A stretch of DNA of 60,243 nucleotides, the filler included. It is 5 parts of 5 records of this genome, joined end to end, with 100 filler letters (N's around TTAATTAATTAA, not from the genome) between each part and the next. Parts side by side here need not be neighbours in the genome. Positions count along the whole stretch, not along the records: positions 15,552 to 38,018 come from SRR31156797_5008; positions 38,119 to 43,180 come from SRR31156797_5011; 3 more parts are not named here. The stretch is one strand, 5' to 3'. Positions within the stretch are counted from its first letter, which is position 1. Each line of letters starts with the position of its first letter. A program made the translations under genes and the position numbers. Below, one piece after another: positions 28,959 through 39,732 of this stretch. The notes under the pieces were generated by a model. The model was not told where the DNA came from. It made no database searches and saw only the letters and a list, made by a program, of their open reading frames with translations.

Positions 28959-29656
28959 TGAAAGATTTTTATGAACAACTCATTGAACATGATCTCAATC
29001 CTTATTTGCTTTTCGACTCTAGTGGAAAAGTAAAAAGTTATAATAAAGAAGCAGAATTTTTACTTAACTTTGTCAGTGTAAAAGAGCTTTTTGAACTGGC
29101 TGTTTCAAATGCAAGTTTAAATTTTGGGTTTAATCATAAATATATCTCTTTGAAATATAATAAACAATCCTACTATGCTATTTTAGTAGGATATTTAAGT
29201 GATGATGAGATAGCGTTAAGGCTCTATAAAGTGGTTTCCAATCATGTCAATGTGATCAATAATGATAAACTCAAACTTGTAAATATTTTTAGTCTTATTG
29301 ATCTTTCAAAAAATAGTACCTTACTCAATTCAAATCTAAAGATCAAAGAGCTTTATGATATCTCTATTCCAGAAGTAAAACTTAATATCAATGATTTTTT
29401 ACTCTGCTTAAATGAGTGTTTTACTATTTTTCACGATTATAAAGAGATCTCTTTACAAGTTCAAATAAAAATTGGTGAGTATGAGATCATCAATGAAAGA
29501 AAATGTAAGATCATCGCTTTAGAATATCGTTCAAAAGCACCTCTTAAAATTTCAAAAGATCAAGAGCATACCTTAGAAAAAAAGGCAAAAAGTGCCAATA
29601 CCAATATATTTTATGAACAAAATGGGATTAAACTAGAATTGCCAATGATGCTATAA
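28958..29656 (+). CDS. Hypothetical protein, PAS-like N-terminus and degenerate kinase-like C-terminus
   Basis: PYLLFDSSGKVKSYNKEAE (PAS-like); ends GIKLELPM; no H-box seen. Confidence 0.6.
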   Translation: MKDFYEQLIEHDLNPYLLFDSSGKVKSYNKEAEFLLNFVSVKELFELAVSNASLNFGFNHKYISLKYNKQSYYAILVGYLSDDEIALRLYKVVSNHVNVINNDKLKLVNIFSLIDLSKNSTLLNSNLKIKELYDISIPEVKLNINDFLLCLNECFTIFHDYKEISLQVQIKIGEYEIINERKCKIIALEYRSKAPLKISKDQEHTLEKKAKSANTNIFYEQNGIKLELPMML

Positions 29657-29677
29657 TTGTATATTAAATATACAATT
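29655..29677. promoter_or_regulatory. Perfect palindrome upstream of amtB (candidate operator)
   Basis: AATTGTATATT-A-AATATACAATT; extended -10 TGTTATAAT at 29703-29711. Confidence 0.6.
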
Positions 29678-29739
29678 TAGCTTATTTTTATTTTTATACT
29701 TTTGTTATAATTGTCTAATTTATTTCAAAAGGATTAGAT

Positions 29740-30927
29740 ATGACCCCTGAGATTTCATATGTAATGGATACTTTTTTTGCACTCTTTGCATTTGTATTGA
29801 TTATATTTATGGTTCCTGGCTTTGCTATGCTTGAAGCTGGAATTGTTCGAACGAAAAATGTTACTACTGTTCTTATGATCAATACGATGATCTATGCTAT
29901 CGCTTCACTGGCATTTTTACTTATAGGATACTCTATAGCCTTTGGTAGTTTTGGAAGTGATAATATGAGTGGTTGGGCAACATTACTTTTTCAAATGGCC
30001 TTTGTAGGAAAAGTTATCAATATAATGAGTGGAGGAGTAAGTGAGCGAGCAAAGATAATACCACTTACTTTATTTGCCATTATAATGGCTGCAATCATAT
30101 ACCCAACAGTTGTAAACTGGTCATGGGGACAAGATATGTTAGAAAACAGTTTTCTAGATCTTAGTATGTATGACCTTGCAGGAAGTACCGTGATCCACTC
30201 AACAGGAGGATGGGCACTATTAGCAGCAATTCTTATTATGGGTTCGCGTCATGGCAGATACCCAAAAGATGGAGGTGTTAGAGTAATACCAGCTTCAAAT
30301 ATTCCACTTGTAACGCTTGGAGCATTTTTACTATGGATCGGATGGTTTGGTTTTAATGGTGGAAGTATAGGAGGGATCGCATCAAAAGAAAATGCTGATG
30401 CCGTAGCTCTTACTATTTTAAATACAAACACTGCTGGACTCTGCGGTGCTATTGTTACAGGAATACTGATGCTCATACAATATAAAAAGATAGATATCAC
30501 CATGGTTTTAAATGGTGCTTTAGGGGGTCTTGTCGCAATTACAGCTGGACCTGATCTTTATAATATTTATCAGCCTATTATTATCGGTGGAATTGGTGGG
30601 GCATTAGTAGTGTTTGCAGTTCCTCTGTTTGATAAGTTTAAGATAGATGATCCTGTTGGAGCGCTTTCAGTACACCTTGTAAATGGTATCTGGGGAACTT
30701 TAGCTGTAGGTATCTTTGCTAGTGATCCTAGTGCAAATATCACTTTTATGGGGCAATTAAAAGGTGTTGTTGTTGTAGCTTTATTTGCATTTATAAGTAG
30801 TTATGTAGTATTATTTATTATAAATAAAATCATGAATCTACGAACAACTCATGATGAAGAGCTTGAAGGCTTAGATGTCAATGAATGTGGTGTGGAATCA
30901 TATCCAGAATTTAAACGAGCATTCTAA
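29740..30927 (+). CDS. amtB: Ammonium transporter
   Basis: PGFAMLEAG, DLAGSTVIH, LWIGWFGFNGGS, DDPVGALSVH. Confidence 0.96.
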   Translation: MTPEISYVMDTFFALFAFVLIIFMVPGFAMLEAGIVRTKNVTTVLMINTMIYAIASLAFLLIGYSIAFGSFGSDNMSGWATLLFQMAFVGKVINIMSGGVSERAKIIPLTLFAIIMAAIIYPTVVNWSWGQDMLENSFLDLSMYDLAGSTVIHSTGGWALLAAILIMGSRHGRYPKDGGVRVIPASNIPLVTLGAFLLWIGWFGFNGGSIGGIASKENADAVALTILNTNTAGLCGAIVTGILMLIQYKKIDITMVLNGALGGLVAITAGPDLYNIYQPIIIGGIGGALVVFAVPLFDKFKIDDPVGALSVHLVNGIWGTLAVGIFASDPSANITFMGQLKGVVVVALFAFISSYVVLFIINKIMNLRTTHDEELEGLDVNECGVESYPEFKRAF

Positions 30928-30931
30928 TTAA

Positions 30932-31291
<360 letters not shown>

Positions 31292-31360
31292 GTACTAAAC
31301 GTACGTATATAGTTTCTGAAAATCAATATATTTTATACTAAGATATAAACTATATTTTTA

Positions 31361-31382
31361 AAAAGGCACTTCGCCTTTTTTT
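31361..31382 (+). terminator. Rho-independent terminator after the P-II gene
   Basis: AAAAGGC-ACTTC-GCCTTTTTTT. Confidence 0.75.
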
Positions 31383-31446
31383 AATTTTTTTGATCTAAAC
31401 TTTTTTATACACTACTATAGTTTTCTTTGCTATACTTCCAATTACT

Positions 31447-32466
31447 ATGAAAAACTTAAAACAACTATTACACAAAATGCTAATCATTGGTTTTGATGGG
31501 CAAGATATTTCTAAAAACGATACACTTAAAACACAGATACAAAATGGTTTAGGTGGAGTGATACTTTTTGATCGCTATATTGATGATACAACAAAAAGTA
31601 AAAACATCTCTAATCCTAAACAACTTAAAGAACTCACACAATCACTACAAAATATTAGTAACAATCCACTTATGATCTGTATAGATCAAGAGGGTGGAAA
31701 AGTCGCACGTCTCAAAGAGGAAAAAGGGTTTCGAGAGTCTCCTAGTGCTAAAGCAATTGCTTCACTCTCAACTGATGAAGCCAAAAAAGCATATGATCTT
31801 CTGGCTAGTCAGTTATCTACTCTTGGGATAAACTGTGACTTTGCTCCTTTGGTTGATCTTGGGATCAATAAAGATTCAAAAATCATCTATGGACTCGATA
31901 GAGCATACTGCGATGATCCTCAAACTGTAGTAAAATATGCTGAGATATTTATGGATGCTCTTACACAACACCAAATAATAAGTGTGCTAAAACATTTTCC
32001 TGGACATGGGAGTGCAAAAGGGGATTCTCATGAGGGGTTTGTGGATATTTCAAAGAGTTGGGAAGAAAAAGAGCTTTTCCCATATAAACACTTACTTCCT
32101 AAAACAGATATGATAATGAGTGCCCATGTATTTAATAGTCAAATAGATGACAAGTATCCATCTACCCTATCCTATGCTACAAACACCACACTTCTTAGAG
32201 TTCATCTAGGCTATGATGGCGTTTTAGTTACAGATGATCTACAGATGTTGGCAATCAAAGAACACTATAAAAAAGAAGAAGCGATCGAACTCGCCATAAA
32301 CTCAGGTGCAGATATGATTATGTATTGTAATCAATTAGGAGATGATGATACAGATGAGACTATTGATATGATGATAAGTTTAGTTAAAAGTGGCAAAATA
32401 TCAATGCAGAGAATAGAAGAAGCAAATAGAAGAATTGACAAACTCATATCAAGGATAAAAGTTTAG
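31447..32466 (+). CDS. nagZ: GH3 beta-N-acetylhexosaminidase
   Basis: IDQEGGKVARL, KHFPGHG....DSH, TDDLQM. Confidence 0.92.
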   Translation: MKNLKQLLHKMLIIGFDGQDISKNDTLKTQIQNGLGGVILFDRYIDDTTKSKNISNPKQLKELTQSLQNISNNPLMICIDQEGGKVARLKEEKGFRESPSAKAIASLSTDEAKKAYDLLASQLSTLGINCDFAPLVDLGINKDSKIIYGLDRAYCDDPQTVVKYAEIFMDALTQHQIISVLKHFPGHGSAKGDSHEGFVDISKSWEEKELFPYKHLLPKTDMIMSAHVFNSQIDDKYPSTLSYATNTTLLRVHLGYDGVLVTDDLQMLAIKEHYKKEEAIELAINSGADMIMYCNQLGDDDTDETIDMMISLVKSGKISMQRIEEANRRIDKLISRIKV

Positions 32467-33951
32467 ATGCAAGCTGGTTTTTCACTCTTAGATTGGAGTA
32501 TTTTTATCGGCTATTTAGCAGTTTTACTTGGACTTGCCGTGTATCTTTCCAATAAAAATGTAAGTACAGCAAGAGAGTTTTTTACTGCAAAAAACAGTAT
32601 GATGGCATGGACTGTTGCACTTTCACTTCTGGCAACTGCACAATCTGCAGCTACCTTTTTAGGTGCTCCTGAGTTTTCTTATCGATTTGATCTTACACTT
32701 TTGGGATACTCAGTGACCTCATTACTTGCTATTTATATTGTAGTAAAAGTTTTGATCCCTAAACTCTATGCTATGAATGCAGTGAGTGTGTATGAGCTTT
32801 TACAAGAGAGATATGGTGGCAATGCGAGACGTGATGTGGGAGTTATGTTTTTAATTGGACGACTTTTTGCAAGTGGTGCAAGACTTTATATGGCAGCACT
32901 TGCTCTTAGTATGATACTGTTTTATGATATAAGCTTAGGTCATGTTGTTTTTTCGGTTGTTTTACTTGTAATTGGAGCTTTGATATTTACCTATTTTGGA
33001 GGGATCAAATCAGTTATTATTAGTGATATTTTACAGATCATTGTGTATCTTGGAGCTGGACTTGCAGTTGTAGTCTATCTATATCTCTCACTCTCCATGG
33101 ATTTTTCACACATTTTTCAAACATTAAGCGAAGCAGAGAAACTAAAATATATAGATTTTGAACTTAGCTTTACCAATGAGGGAAAATTTAATATTTTTGC
33201 ACTCTTTACTGGATATATGCTTTTAAATATAGCTGCTTTTGGACTTGATCAAGATTTAGCCCAAAGAGTTCTCTCTTGTAAAAACAAAAAGCAAGCGGGA
33301 TGGTCTTTGTATGGGGCAACACTTCTTAGTATACCTGTTTCAATTCTTTTTTTAAGTATAGGACTACTACTATTTTTATACTACCAAGAACACACAATCA
33401 GCCAAAAGTTTGCAGGTGAGAGTGTAACTATCTTTATGTATTACATCTTAAATGAGATGCCAAATGGACTAAAAGGGTTTGTAACCATTGGAGCAATTGC
33501 AGCAGCGCTTAGTAGTACCAACTCTGTTTTAGGAGCAATGAGCAGTGTAGCTATAGAAGATGTGTATAGACCCTATAAAAACCAAAGCGGTACAAAAGTT
33601 GATGAGAGTCATTTTGTAAAAGTAGCAAGGGCTATGGTGCTGATATTTGCAGTTGCTTTAGCTCTTATGGCAATTCTTAGTTTTGTAGTACATATCAATA
33701 GTGAGATTCCACTGATTAGTTTTGCACTTGGGGTGATGGCTTATGCGTATAGTGGACTTTTAGGTGTCTTTGGAAGTGCCCTGTTTACCCGTCGTGGAAA
33801 TGCTAAGATGATCCCCTATGCACTTGCGGTTGGATTTGTAAGTGTATTATCGATGCAAGGGTATACTTTTGGATTCAATGTTGGTTTTGCGTGGCAGTTA
33901 GTCATAGGTACTGCCCTTTCATTTGGAGTGATGCAACTTGGAAAAAGATAA
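32467..33951 (+). CDS. Sodium:solute symporter (SSS)
   Basis: SLLATAQSAATFLGAP, YFGGIKSVI.SD..Q, DQDLAQR.L, AAALSS. Confidence 0.92.
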   Translation: MQAGFSLLDWSIFIGYLAVLLGLAVYLSNKNVSTAREFFTAKNSMMAWTVALSLLATAQSAATFLGAPEFSYRFDLTLLGYSVTSLLAIYIVVKVLIPKLYAMNAVSVYELLQERYGGNARRDVGVMFLIGRLFASGARLYMAALALSMILFYDISLGHVVFSVVLLVIGALIFTYFGGIKSVIISDILQIIVYLGAGLAVVVYLYLSLSMDFSHIFQTLSEAEKLKYIDFELSFTNEGKFNIFALFTGYMLLNIAAFGLDQDLAQRVLSCKNKKQAGWSLYGATLLSIPVSILFLSIGLLLFLYYQEHTISQKFAGESVTIFMYYILNEMPNGLKGFVTIGAIAAALSSTNSVLGAMSSVAIEDVYRPYKNQSGTKVDESHFVKVARAMVLIFAVALALMAILSFVVHINSEIPLISFALGVMAYAYSGLLGVFGSALFTRRGNAKMIPYALAVGFVSVLSMQGYTFGFNVGFAWQLVIGTALSFGVMQLGKR

Positions 33952-35041
33952 TCTATATATTGGAGTTATGAGCGGTACGAGTTTAGATGGTATCGATATA
34001 GCTTTATGCTCTATTAGTGATAATGAAATCAAAACTCTGCACGCTAAAGAGTACAGCTATGAGAACCAAATAAAACAAGATGTATTAAATGCCATTTCAA
34101 ACGCTGTTACCTTAGAATTTATAGGTACCTTAAATCATAAATTAGGACTCATGTACTCTAATGCGATAAATCAGTTCTTAGATGAGTTTACTATTGATTT
34201 TAAAGAGATAAGAGCAATAGGTCTACATGGTCAAACTATCTGGCACTCTCCAAATACACTCTATCCTTTTTCTATGCAACTAGGTGATGGCTCACTTGTG
34301 GCTAAAAATACACAAATAGATGTAGTCAATGATTTTAGAAGTGGTGATATTGCAAATGGTGGAGAAGGTGCGCCTTTAACTCCTGCGTTTCATAAAGCCC
34401 TATTTAATAATCATGGTGATGATAATCAAAGTGCGGTAGTAAATCTTGGGGGTATTGCAAATATTACTATTTTAAGTGATGAGTTTATTGGTTATGATGT
34501 GGGAGTTGCTAATATCTTATGTGATTATTGGATAGGAAAACATCAAAATATCTCTTTTGATAAAGATGGTTTATGGGCACGTGAGGGAAAAGTAAACAAA
34601 GAGCTTTTAGAAGTTCTACTAAGTGATCCTTATTTTCAAAAACTACCACCAAAAAGTACAGGGCGAGAGTATTTTAATGCTAGTTGGCTAGAGAATAAAC
34701 TCAAACAGTTTCCAACTCTATCAGCGGTTGATGTGCAAGCAACTCTACTTGAATTTACTATTATACCTATACAACAAGCTTTGCAAAATCAAAATATCAA
34801 ACGTTTGATTGTGTGTGGCGGTGGTGCACATAATGGCTATTTGATGGAAAAACTTGTCCAAAAGTTAGAGGGGATACAGGTTTTAAAAAGTGATAATCTA
34901 GGGATTGATAGCACTTTTTTAGAAGCGATAGCGTTTGCATGGTTAGCATACAAAAGAATCCATAACGAACCAATAGATCTACAAAAGATCACAGGGGCAA
35001 GTAGACCTACAATTTTAGGAGCAATATATGCAAAAAGTTAA
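33938..35041 (+). CDS. anmK: Anhydro-N-acetylmuramic acid kinase
   Basis: GVMSGTSLDGID, HGQTIWH, GGEGAPL, PKSTGRE. Confidence 0.95.
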   Translation: MEKDNLYIGVMSGTSLDGIDIALCSISDNEIKTLHAKEYSYENQIKQDVLNAISNAVTLEFIGTLNHKLGLMYSNAINQFLDEFTIDFKEIRAIGLHGQTIWHSPNTLYPFSMQLGDGSLVAKNTQIDVVNDFRSGDIANGGEGAPLTPAFHKALFNNHGDDNQSAVVNLGGIANITILSDEFIGYDVGVANILCDYWIGKHQNISFDKDGLWAREGKVNKELLEVLLSDPYFQKLPPKSTGREYFNASWLENKLKQFPTLSAVDVQATLLEFTIIPIQQALQNQNIKRLIVCGGGAHNGYLMEKLVQKLEGIQVLKSDNLGIDSTFLEAIAFAWLAYKRIHNEPIDLQKITGASRPTILGAIYAKS

Positions 35042-35966
35042 AAGATTTTTAGAAGGTACCCCTTATGAAGATTTTAAAATTGAAGTAGCTTCAAGTGATG
35101 CGAGTTTTAGAAGATATTTTAGACTTAACCATGAAAATACTACTCTCATCCTTATGGACTCCTCCTTAGAAAAAAGCTCCTTAGATCCTTTTATAAAAGT
35201 CACCAATCTTTTACAGAGTGTAAATTCCCATGCACCTAAAATTTTTCACGAAGATAAAAAACAAGGGTTTTTAATCTTAGAAGATTTAGGCTCAAGTAAT
35301 TTACTAGATACTCTTACTAAAGAAAATATGCATACTCTTTATAAAAAATGTATAGATGAGATTATCACTATGCAACATATTGATGCTAAAGAGCTACCCC
35401 TTTATGATGATAGCTTTTTAAAAAAAGAGATGCACTTAATGGGTGAGTGGTTTTTAGAAAAGCATTTGGAGAAAAACTTGACACAAGAGGAGCAAAGTAT
35501 GATTGAAAATACTTTGGATCTCATTTCTAAAAAAGTACTCTCCCATCCACAAGGGGTATTTGTCCATCGTGATTTTCACTCACGAAATATTATGTATTGT
35601 GAACCACTTGGAATAATAGATTATCAAGATGCCATGAATGGCTCTATTGTGTATGATTTGGTATCTTTATTAAAAGACCTTTATATTGAGATTGATCCTA
35701 AGATAAGAGAAAAATTAGCACTTTATTTTAAAGAGCAAAAAGACTTAAAGGTAAGTGATGAAGAGTTTTTAGAATGGTTTGATTTTATGGGCTTACAGCG
35801 ACATCTAAAAGTGCTTGGTATCTTTGCTAGATTGTATCTACGTGATGGGAAAGATGGGTATTTAAAAGATCTACCTCTTACATTAAAATATGTACTTGAT
35901 GTGGCTCAAAAATACCCTGAACTTAAAAAGTTACAGCAATTATTATCAAAGGTGAAATTAAAATGA
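35028..35966 (+). CDS. amgK: MurNAc/GlcNAc anomeric kinase
   Basis: SDASFRRYFR, VHRDFHSRN, IDYQDA, QRHLKVLGIFARL. Confidence 0.88.
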   Translation: MQKVKRFLEGTPYEDFKIEVASSDASFRRYFRLNHENTTLILMDSSLEKSSLDPFIKVTNLLQSVNSHAPKIFHEDKKQGFLILEDLGSSNLLDTLTKENMHTLYKKCIDEIITMQHIDAKELPLYDDSFLKKEMHLMGEWFLEKHLEKNLTQEEQSMIENTLDLISKKVLSHPQGVFVHRDFHSRNIMYCEPLGIIDYQDAMNGSIVYDLVSLLKDLYIEIDPKIREKLALYFKEQKDLKVSDEEFLEWFDFMGLQRHLKVLGIFARLYLRDGKDGYLKDLPLTLKYVLDVAQKYPELKKLQQLLSKVKLK

Positions 35967-36583
35967 CAGCAATGATCTTAGCAGCAGGCTATGGAAAAAG
36001 GATGCGTCCGCTTACAGATACTACGCCAAAACCTCTTTTAAAAGTACAAGGAAAACCTTTAATTGTATGGCATATTGAAAAACTAGTAAGCCAAGGGTTT
36101 AAAACCATTGTTATCAATATTTCCTATTTAGGGGATCAAATCATTGAAGCTTTAGGAGATGGCTCAAAATGGGATATTGAGATTATTTATAGTGATGAGA
36201 GACTAAGTGGACCACTTGAAACTGCAGGTGCAATAATAAAATCTTTATCACTTTTAAGTGAAACTTTTTTAGTGCTTAATGGTGATATTTGGTGTGATTA
36301 TGATTTTGATATAAATTTTAAACTCGCAAAACCAGCTCATCTTATTTTGGTACCAAATCCAGAACATAATCCAAATGGAGATTTTAAATATCAAGACTCA
36401 ACTTATACCTTTAGTGGCATTGGCTATTATAGTAAAACTATTTTTGAACATATCCCACTAGAGAGATTCCCATTAGGACCTATTTTAAAAGGGCTAGCTG
36501 TAAAAGATAAGCTTAGCTATGAGGTGTATAATGGAGTTTGGAGTGATATAGGGACTCCTGAGCGTTTAGCCCAAGTGCAATAA
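35963..36583 (+). CDS. murU: MurNAc-1-phosphate uridylyltransferase
   Basis: MILAAG.G.RMRPLTD..PKPLL, LETAG, VPNPEHN..GDF, WSDIGTPERL; adjacent to amgK. Confidence 0.88.
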   Translation: MTAMILAAGYGKRMRPLTDTTPKPLLKVQGKPLIVWHIEKLVSQGFKTIVINISYLGDQIIEALGDGSKWDIEIIYSDERLSGPLETAGAIIKSLSLLSETFLVLNGDIWCDYDFDINFKLAKPAHLILVPNPEHNPNGDFKYQDSTYTFSGIGYYSKTIFEHIPLERFPLGPILKGLAVKDKLSYEVYNGVWSDIGTPERLAQVQ

Positions 36584-36603
36584 ATAGATTTCTAGCTTTT
36601 TAA

Positions 36604-36855
36604 AAGCAAATAGCAGACCTTTTTGATGTAAAAACACCTGCCATCTCAAAACATATTAAAAATATATTTTTACAAAATGAACTGATAGAAAACATGGTTG
36701 TTTCTGAAATGGAAATAACCACTCAACATGGAGCAATAAATGATAAATATCAAACAAAAAATGTGAATATTTATAGCTTAGATGTTGTACTTATAATTTC
36801 TAATAAAACTGAGATTATTCAGAGTTTTATGTCGTCAGCAACTGATAGTTCCTAG
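36604..36855 (+). pseudogene. Fragment of a RhuM-family gene
   Basis: start-less frame KQIADLFDVKTPAISKHIKNIF..NEL..NMVVSEMEITTQHGA....QTKNV..YSLD, preceded by a stop. Confidence 0.75.
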
Positions 36856-36915
36856 AATTTTAACATAGTAATTTTACTAACCCTAACTTATGCCCAAAAA
36901 GTACAGATTGTTGAA

Positions 36916-37503
36916 TTACCAATTTAGCCATATATTTTCTTTATCTATTTCATTGGATTTTTCAAAAACTTTATTACCATCAAAAGATACTATGTCTAAA
37001 TAAGATTGTTCATTTATTAAGTTATTATCAATTTTATCTATAATTTCACTTAAAAATTCTTCATTATAATCATTAAATTCTATTTCTCTAAACATAAAAT
37101 CTGCAAGACTAATTGTTATCTGTAGAGATTCGCATATGCCATATAGTGTAAAATATTCACTTTTTCTTTTTTCTAAACTTATTTCATATTTTGAAGTCAT
37201 AAGTTTTTTATATACTCTCATCTGAGATACAATTTTATTAGCTCTATTAATTCTTTTTTGTTTTTCTCGTCTTTCTTTAAATTTTATATCTTGTTGTTCA
37301 ATTTTTTGTTCTAAAATCTGAATATCATTTCTAATATCTTTTTTTTCAATTTCAAGGTTTAGTTGATTAATTTTATATGTGGAATGAAAAAATCCATTTT
37401 TTGGGACTTTTCTATATACTTCATTAAGTTTATTTATTAATAAATTTTTCTCATTGATAAGTTCTTTTTCTATTCTTTCAATTTCTTCAAAATCAGCTTT
37501 CAC
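36916..37503 (-). CDS. Hypothetical, very AT-rich coiled-coil protein
   Basis: 195-aa ORF, GTG after GAGG; no motif recognised. Confidence 0.65.
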   Translation of the reverse strand: MKADFEEIERIEKELINEKNLLINKLNEVYRKVPKNGFFHSTYKINQLNLEIEKKDIRNDIQILEQKIEQQDIKFKERREKQKRINRANKIVSQMRVYKKLMTSKYEISLEKRKSEYFTLYGICESLQITISLADFMFREIEFNDYNEEFLSEIIDKIDNNLINEQSYLDIVSFDGNKVFEKSNEIDKENIWLNW

Positions 37504-37810
37504 TACAACCTCTTTTTTTCAATTTTACTGCTTCAATTATATTCATATTTCAATCTTTTAATAAAATTATATGATTGTACTACATCTGTTATTATATTAA
37601 TCTAATAACGGAAAATAGAACACAAAATTTTGAATAATCTTTTCTTAAATCTCTTATATTTGGAACACTACTTTAAGTTTTAGTTAAAAGTTCCAAATAT
37701 AACTATTTATATATCTTTTATTTAATTTTAAATCCTACCCTACTTTGTAGATATTTTCATTTATTACATAACATAATAGTTTTATAAAGATTAGGTTTAT
37801 TTTCTCCTAA

Positions 37811-38018
37811 CTATATAATACTCTGTAAATACTTAGCCACCGCATCTTCATTATTGGTATACTCAGACACTACTGTAGCGATTTTTTTGACCTCTTCTTG
37901 AGCATTAGCTACAGCTACTGAAGTGTGTGCTAACTGAAACATCCCTATATCATTAAGATTATCTCCAAAAACTGTAAACTCTTTATAATCAATTTGCATC
38001 ATATCTTGCACTCTTTGT
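37811..38018 (-). CDS. Cof-type HAD hydrolase (3' part)
   Basis: FGDNLNDIGMF..A..SVAVANA, NNEDAVA. Confidence 0.85.
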
Positions 38019-38118
38019 NNNNNNNNNNNNNNNNNNNNNNNNNNNNNNNNNNNNNNNNNNNNTTAATTAATTAANNNNNNNNNNNNNNNNNNNNNNNNNN
38101 NNNNNNNNNNNNNNNNNN
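38019..38118. other. Artificial contig spacer
   Basis: N-run with TTAATTAATTAA. Confidence 0.98.
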
Positions 38119-38143
38119 TTCCCGCGCAGAGCACGGGAACGAG
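38119..38143. repeat. REP-like palindromic repeat at contig edge
   Basis: TTCCCGCGCAGAGCACGGGAACGAG, resembling the widespread TTCCCACGCAGAGCGTGGGAACGA repeat. Confidence 0.55.
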
Positions 38144-38181
38144 AAGAAGGCCTTCAATCGCCTGTTTTGTTTCCTCACGCC

Positions 38182-39732
38182 TCAGGCGTCTTCCGCAGCG
38201 ATTTTGCGCAACTCCCTTCGTAATATCTTGCCAATCATACTTTTGGGCAGGGCGTCGACAAAATTTATTTTTTGAGGGACCTTGAAAGAAGAAGTTTTAT
38301 TTTTCATATAGCCGATAATGTCATCCTCCGAAAGTCCCGCATCCGGCTTGAGAACGACAAAGCCGACAACATTTTCTCCATAAACAGGATCAGGTTTGCC
38401 GACAACCGCGGCTTCGGCGACTCCGTCGATTTCGAACAGTATGTTTTCCAGTTCGGCCGGGAATATATTTTCACCCCCCTTTATTATCATGTCCTTTTTT
38501 CGGTCGACAATATAGAGCCAGCCTTCATCATCAAGACGGCCCATGTCGCCCGTATGCAGCCAGCCGTTGCGCAGGGCGATTGCCGTCTCTTCGGGACGGT
38601 TGTAGTAGCCCTTCATTATCGTCGGCCCGCGCAGGACCACTTCTCCGATTTCATTGGGCGCCAGAAAGTTATCATCATCGTTTACAATTGCCAGTTCCGT
38701 GTTGGAATAAGCCTTGCCGCAGGAACCCGGCATGTAGGGCAGGCTCAAACGATTGGCCGAGCCAATGCCAACGCATTCCGTCTGTCCATATATTTCCCTT
38801 ATCCGGCATCCATACCTGTCCATGAAGGTCCTGGCGATTTCCACGGGAAGCGGGGCGGCGCCGCAAACAATCTCATCCAGGCAGGACAGGTCGTAATCGT
38901 TTATGTTCGGGTGATTAAGAATAAGGATTAGCATGGTTGGAACCGCGGCCATGGAGTTGCACTGGTGCTGAACAATGAGTTTCATGAATTTTTCAGGCTC
39001 AAACCAGGCCATCTGCACCGAGTATGCACCCTTGATATGGGCGGGCGTCCTGTATCCGCCCATCATTATTCCCACGCCGTAAATATGGGCCATGGGCATG
39101 GCGCTCATCATAATAATCGGCTTTTCCCGCGTCGCTATTTCAGCTCCTTCCGCGGCCGCGTCCGCCAGGGCCAGCAGGTTGCCGTGGGTCAGCATCACTC
39201 CCTTGGGCTTGCCCGTGGTCCCGGCCGTATATAGAAGCATGGCCAAATCGTCTTCCTCAATATCAGGCAGTTCTTCTTTAGGCTGCTCTTCCAGCAGTGT
39301 CTCCAGGCTGTATTCGGGCGGAGAAGCAGTCGTATCGTCTTTACCGCCCAATACCGCGATCCAGCGGACATTGTCCAGGCCCTGCACCGCAGCCCTGACC
39401 TTGTCCAGGTTCAATACATCGGTTAACACGCCTTTTGCGTCGGAATCTTCGAGTATGTACCTGATTTCCGGTTCGGCCAGTAAAAACATTACCGGCAGCG
39501 CGACCGCTCCGTTTCGGAAAATTCCTTGAAAAGCCGGAAACACGAGAGGGTGATTCATCATACACATCAGGATCACATCCCCCTGTTTCATACCGATCCG
39601 GGCAAATCCCTGCTGCAGGCATTTCGCCTGCCGGTGTTGTTGAAAGTTGGTTATTTGCTCCCCTTCAAAATCCAGCGCCATGCGTTCGCCCAGGCGAACA
39701 ATCGCTTCCTCTCCCAACAATGCCAGGTTCAT
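38182..39732 (-). CDS. Long-chain acyl-CoA ligase / class I adenylate-forming enzyme
   Basis: YTAGTTGKPKG, YGQTE, LHTGD, DRKKDMI, LPKSMIGKILR. Confidence 0.93.
   Translation of the reverse strand: MNLALLGEEAIVRLGERMALDFEGEQITNFQQHRQAKCLQQGFARIGMKQGDVILMCMMNHPLVFPAFQGIFRNGAVALPVMFLLAEPEIRYILEDSDAKGVLTDVLNLDKVRAAVQGLDNVRWIAVLGGKDDTTASPPEYSLETLLEEQPKEELPDIEEDDLAMLLYTAGTTGKPKGVMLTHGNLLALADAAAEGAEIATREKPIIMMSAMPMAHIYGVGIMMGGYRTPAHIKGAYSVQMAWFEPEKFMKLIVQHQCNSMAAVPTMLILILNHPNINDYDLSCLDEIVCGAAPLPVEIARTFMDRYGCRIREIYGQTECVGIGSANRLSLPYMPGSCGKAYSNTELAIVNDDDNFLAPNEIGEVVLRGPTIMKGYYNRPEETAIALRNGWLHTGDMGRLDDEGWLYIVDRKKDMIIKGGENIFPAELENILFEIDGVAEAAVVGKPDPVYGENVVGFVVLKPDAGLSEDDIIGYMKNKTSSFKVPQKINFVDALPKSMIGKILRRELRKIAAEDA

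Noticed and set aside
37654-37702. TGGAAC as a sigma54 promoter, or the inverted repeat as an integron attC
   Set aside because: No GC at the -12 position, and the arms do not fit the RYYYAAC...GTTRRRY pattern.
37811-38018. HAD hydrolase as the missing MupP
   Set aside because: It is Cof-type, on the opposite strand, separated from the operon and only partial; there is no support.
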